Of a DNA stretch of 32,000 nucleotides, positions 22,993-31,345 are shown in pieces. Below the pieces are notes generated by a model. That model made no database searches. It was not told the origin of the DNA and saw nothing but the letters and a program-made list of their open reading frames with translations. Each line of letters opens with the position of its first letter. The first letter of the stretch is position 1. A program made the translations under genes and the position numbers. The stretch comes from Ignicoccus pacificus DSM 13166 (lineage in GTDB: Archaea; Thermoproteota; Thermoprotei_A; Sulfolobales; Ignicoccaceae): positions 1,470,001 to 1,502,000 of the forward strand of contig CP006868.1 in the NCBI GenBank assembly GCA_025340205.1, written 5' to 3'.

Positions 22993-24240
22993 GTGTTCCA
23001 GAAGATCAAGCCTCCAGAGGGAGGGAAGTTCATCGAGGTTAAGGATGGAAAGCTCATAGTCCCTGACAACCCCATCGTTCCCCACATAGATGGAGACGGC
23101 ATAGGTCCCGAAGTGATAACCGCCGCCAGGAGGATGGTCGACGCAGCGGTGGAGGCCGCCTACGGAGGGAAGAGGAAAATAGTGTGGTGGAAGATCTATG
23201 CCGGAATAGAGGCCGAACCTATTTACGGAACGCTCCTACCAGAGGACACTCTGAATGCCATAAGAACTGCCAAGGTGGCGTTAAAGGGTCCCATGACTAC
23301 CCCTATAGGTTCTGGATGGAGGAGCGTCAACGTAGCACTTAGACAACTCCTCGACCTTTACGCCAACATAAGGCCCGTTAAGTACATCAGGGGAATCCCT
23401 GCTCCACACAAGTACGCTGACAAGGTAGACATTGTAATCTTCAGGGAGAACACTGAAGACGTCTACGCCGGAATAGAGTGGAAGTACGACTCCCCCGAGG
23501 CGGAGAAGGTCAGAGAGTTTCTCAAGAAGGAGTTCAACATTGAGCTGAGGCCTGACACCGGAATAGGCCTCAAGCCCATCTCAAGGTTTGCAACAAGGAG
23601 GATAATGAACAAGGCGATGGAGTGGGCTCTCAAGTACGGAAGGAAGAGGGTAACTGTAATGCATAAGGGTAACATAATGAAGTACACTGAAGGTTACTTC
23701 AAGATATGGGCCTTCGAGTTCGCTAAGGAGAAGTACGGAGACAAGGTAGTGTTTGAAGAGGAGCTTCAGGGCGGAGAGATCCCCGAAGGAAAGATACTGG
23801 TGAACGACAGAATAGCAGACAACATGTTCAACCAGATAATAACCAGGCCTTGGGACTATGAGATAATAGTTACACCCAACCTCAACGGTGATTACCTAAG
23901 CGACGCCGCGGCTGCCCTAGTCGGAGGTCTGGGAGTGGCTCCCGGAGCCAACGTGGGAGACTACATAGGAATGTTCGAGCCCATCCACGGCTCCGCTCCT
24001 AAGTACGCTGGAAAGAACGTGGCCAACCCCACCGCTGCTACCCTAAGCGCCGCCATGATGCTCGACCACATAGGCTGGCACGAGGCCGCCAACTTGCTCA
24101 GGAAGGCCATAGAGGAGACCATAGCAAGCGGAAAGGTGACCCAAGACATAGCTAGGCACCTAGGAATCCAGCCTCTGAGCACCACCGAGTTCACAGAGGA
24201 AGTAATAAAGAACATAAAGAAGCTCGGTGGTAGCTCTTGA
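22993..24240 (+). CDS. icd: Isocitrate dehydrogenase (NADP-type, prokaryotic homodimeric family)
   Basis: IPHIDGDGIGPEV, SGWRSVNVALRQLLDLYANIRPV and NLNGDYLSDAAAALVGGLG all match the E. coli-type IDH signature regions. GTG start preceded by GGTGA. Confidence 0.93.
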   Translation: MFQKIKPPEGGKFIEVKDGKLIVPDNPIVPHIDGDGIGPEVITAARRMVDAAVEAAYGGKRKIVWWKIYAGIEAEPIYGTLLPEDTLNAIRTAKVALKGPMTTPIGSGWRSVNVALRQLLDLYANIRPVKYIRGIPAPHKYADKVDIVIFRENTEDVYAGIEWKYDSPEAEKVREFLKKEFNIELRPDTGIGLKPISRFATRRIMNKAMEWALKYGRKRVTVMHKGNIMKYTEGYFKIWAFEFAKEKYGDKVVFEEELQGGEIPEGKILVNDRIADNMFNQIITRPWDYEIIVTPNLNGDYLSDAAAALVGGLGVAPGANVGDYIGMFEPIHGSAPKYAGKNVANPTAATLSAAMMLDHIGWHEAANLLRKAIEETIASGKVTQDIARHLGIQPLSTTEFTEEVIKNIKKLGGSS

Positions 24241-24536
24241 AGGAGCTCCACTTAGCTTTCTTAATTTACGCCACCCAAACGGCCCCCAAAACTCAGCTAG
24301 ACGAGGTTATGGCTGAAACCTTAGGAGCTGTCATAGAAAATGAGAAGGACTTCGAGGAAGCGGTCAAGCTAGCTAAGATATTGAAGATGGATTTGAACAT
24401 TCTAGCTAGGGCCGCCGTCTATAAGTTCGGAGAAGATGCAATAAAGTTCAAGGACTTGATAGATAAGGAGTTCAAGCAAGGTCAAGCTTGGGAGAACTTC
24501 GTCAAGAGGTACTTGAGGTTATTAAAGAGAAAGTAA
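24237..24536 (+). CDS. Hypothetical helical protein (99 aa)
   Basis: ORF whose TTG start overlaps the icd TGA. No recognisable motif. An internal ATG at aa 25 is also possible. The coding call is weak. Confidence 0.35.
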   Translation: MKELHLAFLIYATQTAPKTQLDEVMAETLGAVIENEKDFEEAVKLAKILKMDLNILARAAVYKFGEDAIKFKDLIDKEFKQGQAWENFVKRYLRLLKRK

Positions 24537-25229
24537 TTAATCCTTCTTTATGAACTTGTCCAATCCTCCTTTGCCCTTCAGCTTCCAAGGGGCCACCAAG
24601 ATCTTCACTATCTCTTGCGCCCTGCTCTCTCCAAGTCCCTCAACCCGGCTTAGCTCCATTACCGAGGCGTTGAACACCGCCCTAACGCTCCCGAACCTCT
24701 CCAGAAGTCTCTCCGCGAGCTTGGGCCCCACTCCAGGCAAGCATTGAACCAAGTACAGCTGCCACTGCCGTATGTCGCTTATAGGAGGCTTGCCCTTGGT
24801 CTTTACGGGAACCCTTCTCCTCTCCTCTCCTTGCTCCCTTTGGACTAGGAACTTGATCACCCTAGCGCTGTCCTCCTTTGTAGGAGCGTAGAGGACTCCT
24901 ATGCCGAAGTCGTATTGAAGGGAAGCTATTACCGAGGGCACCGAATGGGCGGCCCTCTCGGAGAACTTCAGGGCGTTCCAACTCCCTTCTATTAAGAAGA
25001 AGGGCTTCTCGTACTCCTCCTTTAGCCTCTTAGCCTGGTTGAACAACCTCCCGTCCCTTAAGCTGTTTATTAGATCCCTAACGCTCTTCCTCTCAATGGC
25101 AACTCTGTCGGAGATCACGTAATCGGCAACTGGGAGTTGTTGCCATATTACCGTTATGCCATACTTCTCCTTCAATATCTTGGGTACCTCGCTCCTCTTC
25201 TCCCTCTCATCGACGTAAACTCTGTACAA
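24537..25229 (-). CDS. xpf: XPF/ERCC4-family structure-specific endonuclease, short (helicase-less) form
   Basis: ERCC4 nuclease motif VADYVISDRVAIERKSVRDL and C-terminal tandem helix-hairpin-helix (LPGVGPKLAERLLERFGS...VEGLGESRAQEI). The tail GGLDKFIKKD could be a PCNA-interaction motif. Confidence 0.85.
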   Translation of the reverse strand: MYRVYVDEREKRSEVPKILKEKYGITVIWQQLPVADYVISDRVAIERKSVRDLINSLRDGRLFNQAKRLKEEYEKPFFLIEGSWNALKFSERAAHSVPSVIASLQYDFGIGVLYAPTKEDSARVIKFLVQREQGEERRRVPVKTKGKPPISDIRQWQLYLVQCLPGVGPKLAERLLERFGSVRAVFNASVMELSRVEGLGESRAQEIVKILVAPWKLKGKGGLDKFIKKD

Positions 25230-25242
25230 GGCTCCTATCCTC

Positions 25243-26214
25243 CTAACCCTTGCCTCCGGAGCTCAATAGCCTCGCTATTTCTCTGCTTGTTCTTCCCAAT
25301 AGCTTGTTGATTAGCTTTTCTACTTCGATTGGCGGTATAACCATTCCTCCGGCTCCGGGGTGTCCTCCCCCGCTCCCTCCAAGCTCCTCTCCTATCGACT
25401 TGAGCAGCTTGGACACGTCGAAGCCCAGCTTTAGTATTCTTGGAGAGCATCTGGCATAGACCCTTATCTCATCTTTCTCCTCCCTTATCACGTATATTAC
25501 GTCCAAGCCTATGGAAATCATCGTCCTAGCCACGTCTCCCTCGTTGGCGCCTATTCTGGTGGCTCCGATCAAGTACTCCTTCACCTTCCTATAGACCAGC
25601 CTCTCGCAAGCCTTCACCCTAGCCATTCTCTTTGAAAAGTCTATCTCCTCAGCTTCGAGCAAGGAGAAGGCTCTTTGAACGGAACCATATCTCGACAGAT
25701 ATTCCATTGCCTTAAAGGCATTGGGCTTCGCTAATCTGAACCCCTTGCTATCGTAAATTATTCCGCTCATGAGGGATTCCGATATCTCAACCGGTAGCTC
25801 CATCTCCAAGAGGCGGAGGGCTAGGGCTACTATCTCGGAGGTCGAGGTGGCGCTTGGATCTACCGCAAAGGGCTCTATGTTCCCCGTTGCATGATGGTCT
25901 ATTCTGTAGTACCTCTTCCCTTCAAGATTCACTCCCGGAAGCTGCGAGGTAGAGGCAGTGTCCAGAATTATTATGACGTCCTCCTTAGGGGCCTCCTCTA
26001 CGAACTCTATTCCAGCATGCTTAGCTACCTTCTTACCGAGGGAAGAGAGGCCTCCAGGGGCATAGAAAGTGGGGCTTCCGAGGAGCTTGAAAGGGGAGGC
26101 GGCTCCAACCGCGTCGGGATCGGCGTGTCTATGGACAACTACCGCATAATTACCCTTCAGATCCTTCATCAGATCCGCTACCTTTTTGGAAAGCTCTGTC
26201 AAGTTCCTTCTCAC
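25243..26214 (-). CDS. DHH/DHHA1-family phosphoesterase (NrnA-like)
   Basis: Motif I HRHADPDAVGA, DHH motif RIDHHATG and DHHA1 motif GGGHPGAGG. The track start is GTG 26214; ATG 26172 is also possible. Confidence 0.8.
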   Translation of the reverse strand: MRRNLTELSKKVADLMKDLKGNYAVVVHRHADPDAVGAASPFKLLGSPTFYAPGGLSSLGKKVAKHAGIEFVEEAPKEDVIIILDTASTSQLPGVNLEGKRYYRIDHHATGNIEPFAVDPSATSTSEIVALALRLLEMELPVEISESLMSGIIYDSKGFRLAKPNAFKAMEYLSRYGSVQRAFSLLEAEEIDFSKRMARVKACERLVYRKVKEYLIGATRIGANEGDVARTMISIGLDVIYVIREEKDEIRVYARCSPRILKLGFDVSKLLKSIGEELGGSGGGHPGAGGMVIPPIEVEKLINKLLGRTSREIARLLSSGGKG

Positions 26215-26446
26215 CTTCCCTCAAGGCCTCTTCGACCACTTCCTCGTACTCCTTCTTCCCTCTCAAGCCGCTTATTCCGAGCTCGAGGGTTACCTCCTTT
26301 CCCTCCCCTCTCTCAGATAAAACTATGGTGAGGTCGAGATCCTCGACCCTTCTGCCCAGCTCCTTCTCCACTACCTCTTCTATTTTGTCTGAAGCCTTGA
26401 GGAGAGCTTCTGCTATCCTCTCCAGCTTATCCTCCTCCACCACCAA
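26150..26446 (-). CDS. Small acidic hypothetical protein downstream of pfdB (possibly DUF3194-like)
   Basis: The core reads KLERIAEALLKASDKIEEVVEKELGRRVEDLDLTIVLSERGEGKEVTLELGISGL. I trimmed it to the TTG/GTG at about 26446..26441, just after a GGAGG. The family assignment rests only on position and size. Confidence 0.4.
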   Translation of the reverse strand: MVVEEDKLERIAEALLKASDKIEEVVEKELGRRVEDLDLTIVLSERGEGKEVTLELGISGLRGKKEYEEVVEEALREGEKELDRAFQKGSGSDEGSEG

Positions 26447-26789
26447 CTTGCATTCCTCCCAAGTACTTCTGGAGCTCGGCCTTAAGCTTCTCAATCTCCT
26501 TCATCACCAACTCCTCTTGTTTCTTGAGGCTGCTTAGCCTTATCTCGAGCAGCTCTATCTTGTCCTCAACTTCCTTCAGAGCCTCCTCCTTCTTCACTTT
26601 GACCATAACGTGGCCTAGGTTCTGGTAGACCTCGGCATCGTCGGGAAGCTTCTGGAGCTCCTCCTTAACCTTCTTTAACTCAGCTAGTTCCAGCTCTATC
26701 ATCTTCCTCTGCTGCTTTAGGCTCTCCAGCATCGCTTGCTGCTGTTGGAGCTGGGCCAAGATCCTCTGAGCTTGAGCGGGCATGCTCAT
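26427..26789 (-). CDS. pfdB: Prefoldin beta subunit
   Basis: 120-aa coiled coil: QAQRILAQLQQQQAMLESLKQQ...LPDDAEVYQNLGHVMVKVKKEEALKEVEDKIELLEIRL. Confidence 0.88.
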   Translation of the reverse strand: MSMPAQAQRILAQLQQQQAMLESLKQQRKMIELELAELKKVKEELQKLPDDAEVYQNLGHVMVKVKKEEALKEVEDKIELLEIRLSSLKKQEELVMKEIEKLKAELQKYLGGMQVGGGGG

Positions 26790-27012
26790 GACTCTTCTCC
26801 ACCTCCCTGAGAGCCTCTGCGGCGCTATATATCCAGTAGAGGAAGGAGTTCAAAGCTGCTCTGAGTGCCCTCAAGTCCTCTGCCTCTATTATTATCTTCT
26901 TTCCCTCGATCCTCAGCTTGGTCCTCTCAGTCATAGGAGGGTAAAGTACCTCTGGAGTCAAGGCCTTGATTATCGCCTCGTCGCAGACCTCTATCTCAGC
27001 CCTCCCCTTCAA
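26680..27012 (-). CDS. pcc1: KEOPS complex subunit Pcc1
   Basis: AEIEVCDEAIIKALTPEV...KLRIEGKKIIIEAEDLRALRAALNSFLYWIYSAAEAL matches the Pcc1 pattern (A.D..ALRA..NS). The last about 35 aa are a low-complexity read-through overlapping pfdB. Confidence 0.75.
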   Translation of the reverse strand: MKGRAEIEVCDEAIIKALTPEVLYPPMTERTKLRIEGKKIIIEAEDLRALRAALNSFLYWIYSAAEALREVEKSHEHARSSSEDLGPAPTAASDAGEPKAAEEDDRAGTS

Positions 27013-27526
27013 TGTCGATCTCCCTTATCCTAATTACTGGACCGACTATTGCCTTAGAGCCGGGCGCCCTAAACACCAGCTCGAAGCCCCTTTCCCCTCT
27101 TTCCAAGCTGGCCTTCAAGTCGCTCTCGCCTTCGCAGAAGGGTATCGAAAGTATCTCCGAGAGCCTTTGGAGCACCTCTTGAGCTTTTTCGTCGAGGACC
27201 TCCTTTTCTAAACATAAACTCTTGACGTTGTAGACCCTCCTCTTGGTCTCCGAGCTCAAACTCACTCCCTTAAGCCTTATGGTGCCTCTCTTCACCAGTT
27301 CTGCGTTTTCTACATCGTATACTTCTATGAATGAGGGGTTTCCGTACCTCTCTCCCACTATTAAGACCTTGTCCGCTCCCATGTCAGCAGCTATCGCTCC
27401 TAGCAAGTCTAGGCTGAGCTTTCCCCTGCTTACCTTTTCTGAGTTGGGCAAAACGCTGGCTAGGTCCTTAACGAAGGTCCTGGTCCTTTGAGAAGGGGAA
27501 TGGGTCGTCGTTATTAGATACTTCAA
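26996..27526 (-). CDS. Brix/Imp4-domain ribosome biogenesis protein
   Basis: 176 aa. MKYLITTTHSPSQRTRTFVKDLASVLPNS...RGK and its position between rpl37ae and pcc1/pfdB match the archaeal Brix-domain protein. Confidence 0.75.
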   Translation of the reverse strand: MKYLITTTHSPSQRTRTFVKDLASVLPNSEKVSRGKLSLDLLGAIAADMGADKVLIVGERYGNPSFIEVYDVENAELVKRGTIRLKGVSLSSETKRRVYNVKSLCLEKEVLDEKAQEVLQRLSEILSIPFCEGESDLKASLERGERGFELVFRAPGSKAIVGPVIRIREIDIEGEG

Positions 27527-27532
27527 AAAGTC

Positions 27533-27802
27533 TTACCTCCTCCTTATCCTCTCAGGCTTGGCGGAGTAGGCCTTGTTCAAACCGGAGACGGGCACGTAAG
27601 CCGCTCCGGCGAACACCGCTCCGCACTTCTTGCACTTCCACAGACCCACGCTTATCCTTACCACGTATCCCTTGATTCCACACCTAGGGCAAGTGTGAGG
27701 GGCGTATCTAGCTTCCATTATCTGCTTCCATCTCTTCCTTAGAGTAGAACCGTATCTGGGTCCGAACCTTCCTGCTATTCCCACTACCTTCTTCCTTGCC
27801 AT
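27533..27802 (-). CDS. rpl37ae: Ribosomal protein eL43 (L37Ae)
   Basis: MARKKVVGIAGRFGPRYGSTLRKRWKQIMEARYAPHTCPRCG...WKCKKCG zinc ribbon. I trimmed the 144-aa track ORF to the internal ATG at 27802. Confidence 0.93.
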   Translation of the reverse strand: MARKKVVGIAGRFGPRYGSTLRKRWKQIMEARYAPHTCPRCGIKGYVVRISVGLWKCKKCGAVFAGAAYVPVSGLNKAYSAKPERIRRR

Positions 27803-28596
27803 GCTTCGATCCCCGGTAAGGGCAAACGGCCCAGTATAATAAAGGGTGCTTGAGGGAGCGTGGAGAGAGGCGGAGGAATGGGTATCTCCACGAGCCTTGC
27901 CTCCTCCCCGCAGTTCAGCGCTACCCATAGGCCGTAGTAGTTCCAGCCGATCGAGTTTGGAGCGCACTTGAAGCTCTTCTTCAACACCAACTTACCACTC
28001 GAGTCGTACACCCTAAGCTCCTTTCCGAGGAAGGCCACCTTATCGCAATAGGGAGAAAAGGCGGTGTCAAAGGAACTGAAGTCCTTAACCCGCACAATGT
28101 TATTTCCCTCGAGTAGATATGATTTCTCCGAGGAGACTGAGAGCATTTTGTTACAAGAAGCCAAAGCCTTAGCCTTAATGGGTATTATGACCCTCGTCGA
28201 GCTCAGGGATACTACACCATTAGGAGTTGGCACCAGTACCCTTCCTTCGTAGGCTACCGGTCTTCCCAACGCCTTGACCGGCATGCTCTCCACTTCTCCA
28301 GAACACGTGTAGAACCGACAAGAGCTCCCGCAGACCCAAAAGCCGTTCCTCATTAATAGCAAGTATCCTAACTCGGGGACCTCAAACCTTCTCCTTATAA
28401 GAGTTCCGTCCTCCCAGAAGAGAACAACCGTTCTATTATAGAGTAAGAGAGCGTACCTCCCGCAACAGTAGCTCACGTCGAAGGCTTGAGGGAAGGTCAT
28501 TCCTAGCGGGAGCAGGAGGGAGTTAGGCAAGGATGCCGTGACCAAGGACTGTGTGCCCACCGCTAAGGAATTGATAAAAGCGATTAGGGGTATCAC
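27784..28596 (-). CDS. Hypothetical Cys-rich, beta-strand-rich protein (270 aa), unknown function
   Basis: Long ORF with no competing frame. Its GTG start forms a GTGA overlap with the CBS gene stop. Hydrophobic N-terminus. Recurrent short hydrophobic-Gly/Asn turns (NGFWVCG, NGVVSLS, GNNIVRV, SGKLVLK) suggest a repeat or propeller-like fold. No family recognised. Confidence 0.55.
   Translation of the reverse strand: MIPLIAFINSLAVGTQSLVTASLPNSLLLPLGMTFPQAFDVSYCCGRYALLLYNRTVVLFWEDGTLIRRRFEVPELGYLLLMRNGFWVCGSSCRFYTCSGEVESMPVKALGRPVAYEGRVLVPTPNGVVSLSSTRVIIPIKAKALASCNKMLSVSSEKSYLLEGNNIVRVKDFSSFDTAFSPYCDKVAFLGKELRVYDSSGKLVLKKSFKCAPNSIGWNYYGLWVALNCGEEARLVEIPIPPPLSTLPQAPFIILGRLPLPGIEAWQGRR
27835..27844 (-). 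promoter_or_regulatory. TATA-box-like element (minus strand CTTTATTATA) upstream of rpl37ae
   Basis: Lies 33-42 nt upstream of the rpl37ae ATG, inside the 3' end of the preceding 270-aa ORF. Confidence 0.4.
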
Positions 28597-29552
28597 TCCT
28601 TTACCTCCACCTTCTCCTCCTTCTTAACAGTCTTAACTCCAGTGGGCTTCCTGGGGAGCTTTGCCAAAGCCTTTGCCACGTCCTCCACGAACACCGCTCC
28701 CACGTACTTGTTCTCCTCATCCACTACTGGGAGCACCGGTATCCTTAGCGCGATGAACTTCTCGAGCGCTAAGGTAACTGGGTCTTCAGGCTTTAGATAA
28801 GGCACTCCCCTTAGCATTATGGTCCTAACCTTCGCCGGAACGCTCATGTGCTCTCCTTCCCTATGAATGAACCACCTGTTGGTCTTGACGAACTCCTTAT
28901 AGGTTATGACTCCCCAAACCTTGTCTTCGTCGTTAACCACCACCAAGCCGGGCAGGAAGCGGTTGATGAGGCGGTGCCACGCCTTGTTTATCTTTTCATT
29001 AGCCTTAACCTTGTACTTGTCACCAGTTCTCATTACATCCTTTACCTTTAGAACGGGCTCTCCGGGAAGCTTCTGCTTGATCAGCCTGAGCAAGTCGAAG
29101 TAGTCTACCACTCCTATGAGCTTGCCCTCGTCGTCTATTACTGGGGCCCCTCTCGCCCTCTTGTCCTCTAGCTCGTCCAGCACCTTCAGTAGGTCATCAT
29201 CTGGCTTGAAGAGTGGGAACTCCCTCATGAAATCCATAACACTAAACCTGCTCCTGTGGCTGGTAGGAACTATCAAGTCGAACTGATTGAGGAATCCGTC
29301 GACCCTCTTGTCAAAGGGAGATCTCAGTACCGGGATTACCTCCTCGTCAGTCCTCCTCACTAAGGGCTTGAGGTTTATGAGGAGCTCGTGCTTGTTGGAA
29401 ACGGTTACGGCTGGGGCCCTGGCGGCCTCAAGCACTTGAATGGCCTTTCCTATGGTCAACTCCTCGGGGACTTCCACTGGCTCTATTACCGGCACCTCTA
29501 CCTCTCTAGCTACCTCCTTTGCCTCGACCCTCTCGGGCATGCTATCTCCCAT
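28593..29552 (-). CDS. CBS-domain protein (multiple CBS repeats)
   Basis: Repeated CBS-like units, for example VMDFMREFPLFKPDDDLLKVLDELEDKRARGAPVIDDEGKLIGVVDYFDLLRLI, LPGLVVVNDEDKVWGVITYKEF and IPVLPVVDEENKYVGAVFVEDV. There is an acidic N-terminal tail and a Lys/Glu-rich C-terminal tail. Confidence 0.75.
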   Translation of the reverse strand: MGDSMPERVEAKEVAREVEVPVIEPVEVPEELTIGKAIQVLEAARAPAVTVSNKHELLINLKPLVRRTDEEVIPVLRSPFDKRVDGFLNQFDLIVPTSHRSRFSVMDFMREFPLFKPDDDLLKVLDELEDKRARGAPVIDDEGKLIGVVDYFDLLRLIKQKLPGEPVLKVKDVMRTGDKYKVKANEKINKAWHRLINRFLPGLVVVNDEDKVWGVITYKEFVKTNRWFIHREGEHMSVPAKVRTIMLRGVPYLKPEDPVTLALEKFIALRIPVLPVVDEENKYVGAVFVEDVAKALAKLPRKPTGVKTVKKEEKVEVKE

Positions 29553-29730
29553 TTACTGGGATGGAATAGCGGTATAATAGGAGGGGGTTTCCCGGAAACC
29601 TCCCACCCAAGGTCTTCGCCTTTCTCTATAAGGTACGGAGGCTCCTTCTAGCGTCGTCCCAGTAAGGGTGCAAAGAAGTTTGGAGATGTGTTAATCAAAA
29701 ACTACAAGCAATGTCTTCGGTGCTCAGGGC

Positions 29731-31194
29731 TTACTTCTGAACCTCCTCCAATATCAGCTTCCTCAGTACGTCTACTGGGAGGGATCCTTCCTTCAGTAAG
29801 GTCTTGTGGAATTCGTATAAGCTGAACTTCGATCCCAAGTATTCCTTTACTTCCTCCCTCATCTCCTTTATCCTCCTCTTTCCGTATGCATAGGAGAGCT
29901 GGTATCCGGGGCTTAGGGTATACCTAAGCACCTCTGCCTTAGCTGAGTTCTCGTCGAGCATCGCTACCTCCACCAGCTCCTTAACGGCTTCCTCGAAGCT
30001 CATCTTACCGGTGCTCAGCTCAACGTCGACGTATACCCTAACTAGCCTCCATAGCATGTCCTTCTTCACCTGCCATACGTACCTAGGATTGGTCTCAAAG
30101 CCTAGCTCCATCATAAGCTCTTCAGTGTAGTGGGCCCAACCCTCTATGAGGTCTGTAGCGTTGGCGACTATCGGCCTATATCTAGTTGGTAAGTGCAAGG
30201 AAAGCTGCAAGTGGTGACCGGGGTAGGTCTCGTGCACTGCGGTGTTCAGTATGTCGTAGTACTCCCTCTTAGCGGCTCCGGGGGTTACGGAGAGGTATCC
30301 CAAGTTCCTCCACTCGAACGGTGCTGGAGGGAAGTAGGCCGCGTAGGGTATGGTCGGAATTAAGGGCTTAGGAGTGTCTATAGCCTCTAGCTCCTCGTCC
30401 AATGCTAGAGGCGCCACCTTCTTCTCTATTACGAAATTCTTGGCCCTCTTCACCGCTTCCAAGTAAACATCCTTGGCGTTCTCCACCTCTTTGCCTTGTG
30501 GCTCCTCTCCGAGCTCCTCCTTCAGCTTCCTCGCCTCGCTTCTAGCCCAGCTAGCCAAGGATGAGGGCGTCTCTACTATTCCCCTTATCCTCAGCAGCTC
30601 CTCGAAGAGGGTTTCCCCTATGGGCTCGAAGCCCTCCTCCGGCTCCAAGGAATCGAGCCATTTATCGTACTCCGCCAATGATTCCAAGACGTCGTTGGGA
30701 GCGTTCATATCCAGAAGCATTAGCTTTAGACCGTTGAGCTCCGCCCTAGCAAGCTGGACCCATACCTTCTTCGGCTTGCTCAACATCTCCTTACTGTTCT
30801 CGAGCATTCTAGGAATAGCCTTTATTCTAGCCTCCAGAGCCTTCTTCTTGAAGTCCTCGGGAGCGTTCCTGAGTATTGTGGAAATGAGCATTTCGGAGAT
30901 GAGGCCGGGAGCTATGGGGTAACTCTTCCAGTACCTCCAGAATCCTGTGGTTATTTGCATTACCTTGAGGCTTCTAACAGCTTCTTGTATGTCCAGCTCC
31001 AGCTTCTCCTCCTCCCAGGAGCTCAACTCAGACAAGTCCAACTCCAACGTATCCAAGCACTTGCTCATCCACTCACATCCCAATTCAGGATAGAGAAAGT
31101 CATACTCGTGGAGGCCTAGGTAGGTTGCAGTTTGTGGTTCGCAAGAGAACATATCTTGAAGGGTCTTATCTAGGGGATTCAAGGGATCTCCCAA
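29731..31194 (-). CDS. DUF885-family protein (predicted metallopeptidase-like)
   Basis: HETYPGHHLQ matches the DUF885 HE..PGHH.Q signature. 487 aa. The first canonical start is TTG 31194. Confidence 0.7.
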   Translation of the reverse strand: MGDPLNPLDKTLQDMFSCEPQTATYLGLHEYDFLYPELGCEWMSKCLDTLELDLSELSSWEEEKLELDIQEAVRSLKVMQITTGFWRYWKSYPIAPGLISEMLISTILRNAPEDFKKKALEARIKAIPRMLENSKEMLSKPKKVWVQLARAELNGLKLMLLDMNAPNDVLESLAEYDKWLDSLEPEEGFEPIGETLFEELLRIRGIVETPSSLASWARSEARKLKEELGEEPQGKEVENAKDVYLEAVKRAKNFVIEKKVAPLALDEELEAIDTPKPLIPTIPYAAYFPPAPFEWRNLGYLSVTPGAAKREYYDILNTAVHETYPGHHLQLSLHLPTRYRPIVANATDLIEGWAHYTEELMMELGFETNPRYVWQVKKDMLWRLVRVYVDVELSTGKMSFEEAVKELVEVAMLDENSAKAEVLRYTLSPGYQLSYAYGKRRIKEMREEVKEYLGSKFSLYEFHKTLLKEGSLPVDVLRKLILEEVQK

Positions 31195-31345
31195 TAATGG
31201 GTCCTTGGGAATGGTAATAAGATGGAGGCGCTACTCGAGCCGATTTGAGTGACATCATAAGGTAAGCTCCTCACAACTCGAGCTCCAAAAATCAAAGCTC
31301 GCCACTTAAAGGTTCGGTCATCAAGGTCCCAGAGTACAGCCTCGC

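Noticed and set aside
27803-27967. 55-aa N-terminal extension of the rpl37ae ORF
   Set aside because: Archaeal L37Ae begins MARKK.... The extension overlaps the 270-aa ORF and contains the TATA-like box.
30473-30922. 149-aa plus-strand ORF inside the DUF885 gene
   Set aside because: It is antisense to a gene with a clear family signature, and its low-complexity Ser/Leu-rich translation marks it as a shadow ORF. The same reasoning applies to 3261..3638, 6410..6814, 10576..10857, 13271..13888, 20597..21040, 23961..24251 and the other short track ORFs nested in confident genes.
31195-31345. Possible C/D box sRNA in the aIF6-DUF885 spacer (minus-strand TTGATGA and ATGATGT)
   Set aside because: The two C-like boxes are about 60 nt apart, no CTGA D or D' box is correctly placed, and there is no terminal stem. 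It does not fit the 50-60 nt archaeal C/D architecture. I found nothing better in the other spacers (795..917, 6697..6816, 22852..22992, 29553..29730).
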